Shown here in pieces: positions 55,461 through 64,000 of a stretch of 64,000 nt of DNA; position 1 is the stretch's first letter; every line of letters starts with the position of its first letter. This DNA comes from Adineta vaga (taxonomy: Eukaryota > Animalia > Rotifera): NCBI GenBank assembly GCA_021613535.1, contig CP075492.1, positions 8,556,001-8,620,000 on the forward strand, written 5' to 3'. The notes beneath the pieces are model-generated. The model searched no databases. It was not told the origin of the DNA and saw only the letters and a program-made list of their open reading frames with translations. The translations under genes and the position numbers were made by a program.

Positions 55461-56479
55461 TTAATCAAGTAAATCCAAAAGAATATCACTAAGTATAGTT
55501 GTATTTATTGTAATAGCTTGTTTCAGTATTAAACGTTGTTCATTTGTTATAATCTGATTATTTTCTGTACATTTAATTAAAACTTTATGAAGAACTTTTG
55601 CAAATGGTAAACTATCTGAAAAAATCTTTGCTGAAATGGCAACTTTTTCAGGCAAAAGATTTAATAAATCATTGGAAAAATAAAATTCTTTACTATCAAA
55701 CCATTTACTTATAAGAGATAATTCATTACTATTGAATGGACATGTACTATTTTGACATAAATAACTACATAATTTACAACGATCAGCTATATTAGTTAAT
55801 TGTGTAAATAAGTTGCTGAAGAATAGATTAATCTTATCTGTCGTAATATTTCGAAGCCATGGAACGAAACAATGAAGAAAAAATTCATCAGGATATTTGT
55901 TCAATAATTCGACTAAGATAGAAAAGAAATCATTGGATATATTGAATGATAAATCACTAAGCCATGGATAGATTAATGTTTGAAAACGTTTGGCAATTAT
56001 ATTAGAATCAGATTCATTGAGAATAGATGCTAAATTTTCTAAGGTACGATCTAAAATTTAATAATTGAAAACTATTCGAAAGATGATGATTTCTTACCTT
56101 CAACTTTTGTATCACTTATTATTGTAATCATTTCTTCTTCTTCTTCTTCTTCGTGTTCAAAATTTTCAATAACTTCAATATTTACAGTAAATCGTATTCG
56201 ATTAGTATCAATATTTGTCAAAATATTTTTTGCCGATCGTCGTCGTTTCGGTGATGTTTTCTCTTCTATTGTTTTTATAAGTTTTCTTGATTTGGTTTCT
56301 TGAATATAGCCGTGAATAATCTTAAAAAGTTTCTTTTCTTCATTCTTTTCCGAAATAAATTCGAGAAGATTGTGCACAACTGATGAATCCGAAAATGATA
56401 TAAATTCATAGTTACCAGATGGTGGAAATGCACTAAGCCAAAATTGTGCGAGAGTTTCTTTTGAAATCGTTGCCATCAA
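55461..56479 (-). CDS. FANCE: Fanconi anemia group E-like protein, compact, 2 exons
   Basis: C-terminus PFNSNELSLISKWF...LLPEKV...SLPFAKVLHKVLIK...ITNEQRLILKQAITINTTIL resembles the FANCE C-terminal domain. Basic SPKRRR NLS-like patch in the linker. Confidence 0.65.
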
Positions 56480-56702
56480 TTATCTATATCATATCAAAGT
56501 CAAGGATAAGGATATATCCTTTTCAACATCTCCTCCTTTTCATCCAATACAATCATGTGATCAATAGTGATATCTATCGAAAATTTCCTAACATTAACCA
56601 ATCATAGTTTCATCACAAACATACATACATAGATTGATTTTTTTTTACTGTACTCTACTCTGATCGATCTTACATAATCATCGAATGAATGATTGATTCT
56701 AA

Positions 56703-57707
56703 ATGAATAAAAAATTTATTTTCTCACCGATTATAACTCGTTCACTTTTTCGAAAAAGTCCAAGAAAAACCTTTGATATAATTACAACTGGAGCTTATAA
56801 AACAAATAATCTTCCACGAGTTGTTCCAAAAGAAATTCCTCGACCCAATAATCTTTATAATTTAGTTGGTGGATCATATCAATCATCGACTATTATTAAA
56901 AATCAATGGCAATTAGAAGGTATACGTACAGCATGTCGTCGTGCTCGTACTATTATTGATACTGTTTCGGAATCTATTCAAGTTGGTATAACAACGGATG
57001 CAATTGATAAATTAGTTCATGATTTATGTATTTCACTTGGATGTTATCCAGCACCACTTCATTATGAAGAATTTCCCCGTTCATGTTGTACAAGTGTGAA
57101 TAATATTGCTCTACATGGTATACCTGATGGACGACCATTAAAAGTCAATGATATACTTAAACTAGATGTTTCCGTATATTATAATGGATTTTTTGGTGAT
57201 GTATCCGAAACATATCTTGTCACTGATAAAGAAAAAGCTCCAATGGATAACGATGCACTATATCTAATTAAACATGCTCGACGATGTCGTGATCGTGCTA
57301 TAGCTGCATGTCGACCTGGAATTGAATTTTCTACGATTGGTCGTGTTTGTGAAGAATATATTAAACAATGTACAGGATTAAAATTAGTTAAAAGTGCATG
57401 TGGACATGGTCTTGGTGAACAATTACATGAGCCACCACAAGTTTTACATTATTATGATCCCAATGAAAAACAAATGCAATGGATTATGCAAGAAGGAATG
57501 GTATTTGCAGTTGAACCTGTTATAACAGAAGGTAATGGTCGTGTCAAAATGTGTGATGATGATATTCAAGTATGTACAGTGGATAATTCACGTTGTGCAC
57601 AATTTGAACATACGATTGCAATAACAGCAACTGGACATGAAATATTGACTGAAGGGAAAACTGATATGCGACCGAATGTATTAGAAAGAAAGGCAGTTTT
57701 TGTGTAA
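56703..57707 (+). CDS. METAP1D: Methionine aminopeptidase 1D (mitochondrial type), intronless
   Basis: Basic presequence-like N-terminus; CTSVNN..LHGIPD, LDVS, GDVSET, GHGLG, VEP and QFEHT metal-ligand motifs. Confidence 0.9.
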   Translation: MNKKFIFSPIITRSLFRKSPRKTFDIITTGAYKTNNLPRVVPKEIPRPNNLYNLVGGSYQSSTIIKNQWQLEGIRTACRRARTIIDTVSESIQVGITTDAIDKLVHDLCISLGCYPAPLHYEEFPRSCCTSVNNIALHGIPDGRPLKVNDILKLDVSVYYNGFFGDVSETYLVTDKEKAPMDNDALYLIKHARRCRDRAIAACRPGIEFSTIGRVCEEYIKQCTGLKLVKSACGHGLGEQLHEPPQVLHYYDPNEKQMQWIMQEGMVFAVEPVITEGNGRVKMCDDDIQVCTVDNSRCAQFEHTIAITATGHEILTEGKTDMRPNVLERKAVFV

Positions 57708-58823
57708 ATTTATGTCATTTTCGATATGTATCGAATATAATTTTTTTTACAAGAAAAACAATATCTTCGTCTATCTTTTCTTTTTCATACATCAATACGC
57801 AAATTATAACAAAGTCCATTGAGCGAAAAGATTGCATCTGTTATCTATGGGTAATATGTCTAGTCAAGATTGTTGTTTTTTTTGTATATCTAACAATCAT
57901 TTAAATTTCTTATCAGTTGAAAACGACGATTTATCATGTAATGCTGATAGAACGATATTTGTTAACGATTTGTTTGATGAATTTTCAAACTAACATCAAG
58001 TACAAAAGCTATTGTTCAATACTATTGTAATTCTCAGTAGTTAAACTTCTTTTTCATTAGCATATTTCAAAAGTTCTATGTATAAGCAAAATTATGTCAT
58101 CTATGAATACTTTTTAATAACATGTGAGAATCTTATCATTTTTAATTTAATGTTACACACTTCCGTAAATCATCATGCATTATTGCTACAACTATCGATC
58201 TAAATAAAAAAAAATTTCATCGAATAGTTTAGATTGTTTGTTGTTGACATGTTAACATGAAATATCTATTCTACAAGCTGCTGCTGAGGATGACGATGAC
58301 GATGACGATGATGAACACGAATAAAGAGAGAGAAAAAAATAAATAGACGAGTACTTTTAAACAAATAAAAAAAAACAAAATTTCACACATATAAGACAAA
58401 AAACGAAACAAATGAAGAGAAAAAAAAGAAAGAAATTTTTTTATTAAAGACAATAAAAAGGAAAGAAAATTACCTAAAAAACAACAAACTGAGAAGGATA
58501 AAAATCAGATCTTTTGTTTCTCTCTGGGTTTTTTTTATTAATGTTTTTTTTTTGTACGAAGGGATTCGTGAACAATAAGATTTGTCTTATGATACATTAT
58601 TGCTAATAGAGCAAGACAACACATGCATACAGATTGTGACTATGAGAATAAGGAATCAAAACAGAGACGGTAGAAAAAAAAGAGAAGAAAAAACAGTAAC
58701 TGTTCGAAGCGATGATGAGCGGTGAGGAGTAAAGAATTGTTCAATGAATAAGAATAGCAGCACCAATACATCGTAGGAGAGGAATCGTGACCAACTGCTT
58801 GTGTAAAGAAATCAAAAGTAAAT

Positions 58824-61800
58824 TTATCGTTGTACAGAAACAACACGAAGCATTAGTAACTGTCTTTCACCATCTTTGTCACCGATGGCAACTATTGTTC
58901 GATTATGTGCAGCCATATGTATATCCACTGGCGTCATACCGACGGGCATTGTCGATGCTATTTGACCAGTTTGTAAACGCCATAAACATATATTTTGATC
59001 TTTCGAACCAGTTGCAACTAATTGATTCGTTGAAATACATGAACAAGTAATCTAAAGAAAAATAGAATAAATGTTTTAAAGAAAAAGGATTCTTCATTGA
59101 ATTAATAATTACTTCTCGTTTATGTCCAACTAATTTTGAGATTAATTCTTTGGTATTTGAATCCCAAACTTTGCCCGTACCATCGGCACTCGTTGAAACA
59201 AAACATGAACGATCGGGTGATATTTTTAAATCGGTAATACGATCACGGTGTGCATTTTGTCCATTGTCGCTTAATGTGTGAAGTCGTTGACATGAGGCAA
59301 CATCCCAAAGAACTAATTGTCCGCTCTTTGTTCCAGTTAAGACTTGTTCATTATTTAAAACAATTGAACATTTTGGATCAGAATCTAAAGTTATTGTCGG
59401 TGGTTGAACTAATTCTTGTTGTGTAGTTAAGTCGAAAACAACAAAAGTTGTTGAACTTGGACCCGATGGACAACCAACAACTGCATGACGTTCATCAGGC
59501 GTTAAACTTACAAATGATGGTGTACCACCATACGATTGATTTGTATCTGATTTGATTTCTTTTGTTAACTCAGAATTATTTAAATCAAGGATACCAACTG
59601 ATATTCCACGTCCATATTTTTGATTACCAGCCATAATGAGATTGTTTGAATTATTACTTAATGTAAATGTTGCACATTTAATTTGATGTGTTAATTGAAC
59701 CGATTTACCGGTATTGACATCCCAAATCTACGAATGAGTTAAATTTCTTTGAAAAAGAATTCAACTAGAAAAAGTAGAACTCACTTGAAGTACACATGGT
59801 TGAGCATCAACACCATCACTGGCTAATCCAACCAAGAGTGTACCACTACATGCCAAGGCAACTTTACTACAATTGACACTTGTACCTTGCATACTTGAAA
59901 CAAGTTGACCATTCTAGTAGAAGTAAAAACAAAATTGTTTTCTCTTCAATTTAACAGTACTAAAATAATCGTTTTTTCTTACAACAGCATCCCAAATTTG
60001 TGGTGGTCCTTGACTTTGTCCAACGATAGCATATTTTCCATTTGGTGTCATGCTAACTGAATTAATATTACTTAATTCGTAATCTGTTTGTAGACCACCA
60101 TCAGCAAACATGGCATTCATTGAATAACCACCACCTTCACCTGCCCATGAGTCAAAGGTATCACGATATCCTTCCATACCCATACCACGACCATAACCAA
60201 AATCTCCAACTGGTGGTGCATGATAATCTGTTTCAATCACATGTTCTAAATAGTAGGAAGAAAAAAAAAGGAATGTTATTATCATGATATTTCATAATAG
60301 GTAACATGCAATAGATAAAATGACAGAACAACAATCATATGCGTGCATATTCCTACGTTGAGAATAAGCGGATGATGATTGTTGATGATGTGCATCACGT
60401 GCAAAGTCACCATAACGAGATGAAAGTGTTGGATATGTAGTGAAAATACCACCAGCGGTATCCATACCGCCATATTCTCTAACGATTTCTGTAAGGTGAT
60501 AGTCATGACTTTCTATTCTAATTAAATCTAGAGTATATTTTTGCAAACTTACCACGTGTTTGTTCAATACGTGTTGTTTCCATTCCACCGGATGATCCAG
60601 CAGCTGCTGATGCAGCTAAATTGTCAGCACGATTATCAATCACTGGTAGCGCACGTGCTGTACGACTTGCTGGACCAGTATAAAGTGCTAGAAAAGAAAA
60701 ACGAAAACAACATTAAAAAGACATGCAAATCATACGTCGAATCTCACCATTTTCAGTCTGTGTTATACCTGATGTTCCTGTTGTGACAGGTACATAACCT
60801 GCTCGACTACTACCTGGTAAACAAGCGCCATGTGTACATTTACGTGCAGCAAAAGCTAATGCAAGTGGAATTAATAGTAATGCAGAAACGAGAGCTAATA
60901 TCCATCCGATGGGACCAGCACGAGCTCCTAATACGCGACCATAATCAATTAATTGCCCTTTTTTAGGACCAATCACAGGAGCAGTTAATGGCACTCGAGC
61001 TGAAGTTGAAGCTATATAAGGGACTGGTGGAGGAGTAGCAACTAACAATAGAAGAAACAAAGAAACAATTTTCTATTCATTATAAAAAAAAGTAATTCTT
61101 TTCATACGTGGAGTTTCACAATAATATCCTGTATAGCCGTCCGGACATAAACATCGACCTTCATGGCATGTTCCATGATTACAATTAATACCAGCACAAA
61201 GATCAGCTAGATTAAAATACAATCATATATAAATTTTCTTTTTCTGATTCTATTTTCTTTTATTTAATAAAAACTTACCAGGAGGAATATCACAACGTGA
61301 TCCTGTGTAACCTGAATGACATTCACAAATACCTTCTCGACATTGACCATAAGCACAATAAACATTATCGCATGGATTGGGTCGATGAACTAAATAATTG
61401 AAATTATAAAATATTGTTTTCTTTTCATTTTATTTCATCATTACCATCTCGACAATCATCACCGTAATAGGGTGGTGAACAGATGCATCGTCGACTATTT
61501 GCTTCCGGAACACATTGTCCATTATTTGCACATGGATACACTGCACAAACATCCTCTTAAAAATGTAAAGTACATAAAATTAGTTAACGTTCAATCAGTT
61601 TTAAATAAACAACCTTGACAATGACTTCCTACACGACCCGTTGGACATATACATCGAGGGACACCTCGATCATTCGTACAAGTTCCACCAGAACAATCGT
61701 AGCGTAAACATGGATCAACTAGAAATGTGAAGAAGAAAAAAACGATAATTGTGATTAAATTTTGAAAACGAAAAGAATAATTTGATAAATCAATGTTTTA

Positions 61801-62941
61801 ACCGAATGTAGCCAAACAAGCGCAAGCATACTCTCATGCATTAAAACCAGTAAAATATGTAAGGAAAGAAAAAGATGAAAACAACATTCCGTTAAATAAA
61901 AATCGAAACAGCGCATTCTTCCTAAAATTATTATGTTTATCCTTGATGAGTAGAAGTAGTAGTGAATGAAAATGAAGAAATAAAAGAGAAGCCTGTTGAT
62001 TCATATCGCCTTAATAAAGCCTTGCAAAAGAATAATTTCGTTTATTTGATTATATTGGACGGGATGAGCGTATAGACACTAGTTACTCATTACCGTTATC
62101 GACATTCGCTTCGTCCAAGCATACGACACCTGTATAACCAGGTATACAATTACAGTAAGGTGCACCATCATGCTGACTAATAATACATCTTCCATAATTG
62201 CAATTGACATTTTCACAGGAGTCTGTAGAAATGATCAAGGTGATTCAAAGTCAAACAAAAAAGAAATAGATTTTTTTCTCAAAAGAACATGCATTTTTTG
62301 CTTTCTTTTCAAATAACATCATTCTTCTCATTTCCTTTGAAAAAATATGACAAAACATCCCAAAGAAATACAAGCCACGCGTGCCTAACTATACCCACAC
62401 ATACCATCGGATTCATAACAATTCGGTCCTCGAAAACCTGGTGCGCATTGACACGCAGGTTGATTATCCTGTTGAACCGAACATACACCTCCATTGTAAC
62501 AAACAAAATTTGCACATGGATCGATTTGTCGATCGCATGCTGCTCCTTCATAACCTCGATGACATTCACATCTGTATGATGTGCCTTCGTTGATACAAGT
62601 ACCATAATTGCATGACACTCTAGCACAAGCGTCTTTGCAGATTAAGAGAAAGAAGAACAAGAAAAAAATTAAATTAAATATACGATATCTAAATCTAATT
62701 ATCGAGTTCTCGGGGCAATACTAGAAAATACTAATGTACTACAACTAAACAGATATAAGATAATAACAGCAATTCGAACTAGTAACAAATTTTTCTCTTT
62801 ATTTTTCGTCTTTTTTATTTTATTGCTTACCTGTTGGTGTAAGACAATCATGACCTGTATAACCTTGATAACATCGGCAAACAGCTGAACCACGTTCAAT
62901 TTCACATCGGCCCTGATTACAATTAACCCGTGCACATGGAT
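58824..62941 (-). CDS. Multi-EGF single-pass transmembrane protein with cytoplasmic WD40 propeller (5' end not found in window)
   Basis: Eight EGF repeats in phase-1 exons, a Pro/Thr stalk, TM segment GWILALVSALLLIPLALAFAA-RK, a Gly/Tyr linker and about 7 WD40 repeats (QIWD, IWD, LVLWD, KVWD, ICLW). All exons join in frame to TAA at 58824. Confidence 0.8.
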
Positions 62942-63493
62942 CTAGACAAAGTAAATAAGTGTCAAATTTAATCGGATTTTTTCTAGCCAAAATTTTCGAT
63001 ACAAGCTGATTAGAGAAAGAACTATTCTTCGTTCGTTACATGAGATACTCTCCAAGGTAAGTCATCATATTTTTAAAAATTGACATTTCTATTTTATTTT
63101 CATATGCATTTATATTTATGTATCAATGATCACGCATCTTTCCCATTATGCAAATTGAAGGGTGGTGACCAATGTAATTTGAAACAGAGAGAATGCAAGC
63201 ACACACGCACACATTTGACCACATAAGCATGTGTGCGTGAGGACTCTTTCTACCTTTCGATATACATCTGTTCATGTTCAATCAAAAAAAATTTGCATAA
63301 TGTATGTGACCTCTTTCTACGAATATCTATATTCACAAGATGATGCATAATGGTTAGAGACAATAGTAATTTATCACTTGGAATAAGATACTAAATGTAT
63401 TTGAGAAGAAGAGAAAAAGAACGAAGGAGTGACGAGCGCTGCGTAGAGATAAACAATTTTCCTTTCAGATAATAATAACAATGGAATGAAAGC

Positions 63494-63517
63494 ATCATCA
63501 TCATCATCATCATCATC
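63494..63517. repeat. (ATC)n microsatellite
   Basis: About 8 ATC units; this explains the poly-D and poly-M spurious ORFs. Confidence 0.8.
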
Positions 63518-64000
63518 AGCGTTCTCATGCTCATCCATGATAGAATTATGCAAGACTTGCACAATATATATATATATATTCTGTTTTGGTGTTGATCATA
63601 CTCATTTTCTTGATCCACTCATGAAAGCATATGCGTTTGTCTTCTCTACTATACAATAGGCAATTATAACATCTTAACAGTTCAGACACCAAGCATATGT
63701 CTGCCTTTGTTTGCATTCCATCATAATGATCGATGCTGTTACCGGTCTATTCTATCATTCTTCATTCATTCACTCATCCGGTTGTTGTTTTTTTCGAAAT
63801 TCTTTCTTCTATGGGATTGTCGACCTATATGTCTAACAGAAGAGGATAGAATCGGATTGACCGGCAGTTTTACACTGAATGTGATTGATGTCTATCCCAG
63901 AGCGTTTAGATGTTGACGCGTACATTGATAAATAAGTCTCAATTTTCTTGTCTTCTTTTTTTTGTTCTCTTGTCCTTTCTTTTTTTCTATACTTCACTCT

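Noticed and set aside
63374-63916. ORFs near the window end as upstream exons of the EGF gene
   Set aside because: No EGF or signal-peptide pattern; poly-D and poly-M come from the ATC microsatellite.
1-64000. CRISPR arrays, rRNA, tRNA and autonomous transposons
   Set aside because: No repeat-spacer array, structured RNA gene or transposase/RT ORF was recognisable by eye; tRNAscan-SE and Infernal were not run.

Overview
Eukaryotic, very AT-rich, gene-dense animal DNA with many ~45-65 nt GT-AG introns. It is most consistent with a bdelloid rotifer; this is an inference from composition, intron size, innexin, a bacterial-type hydrolase carrying introns and a LicD remnant. I spliced about 20 genes by eye: alpha/beta hydrolase, SRSF3/7-like SR protein, innexin, legumain, Cys-rich GPI-type protein, SPOP-like, CCDC149, torsin, pantothenate kinase, POLE3, TRMT10, an orphan ORF, FIRRM-like, myosin VII, UBE3D, SLC22, B-type muscarinic receptor, calumenin, FANCE-like and METAP1D. 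There are also LicD and calumenin pseudogenes. Main highlights: (1) a single-pass membrane protein with at least 8 extracellular EGF repeats and a cytoplasmic WD40 propeller, an architecture I do not recognise; (2) co-oriented genes only 83-135 nt apart with splice acceptors just before the ATG, suggesting trans-spliced operons; (3) a candidate poison exon in the SR gene; (4) compact FANCE-like and FIRRM-like DNA-repair genes; (5) a probably horizontally acquired hydrolase. All family calls are from motif recognition, not database searches.
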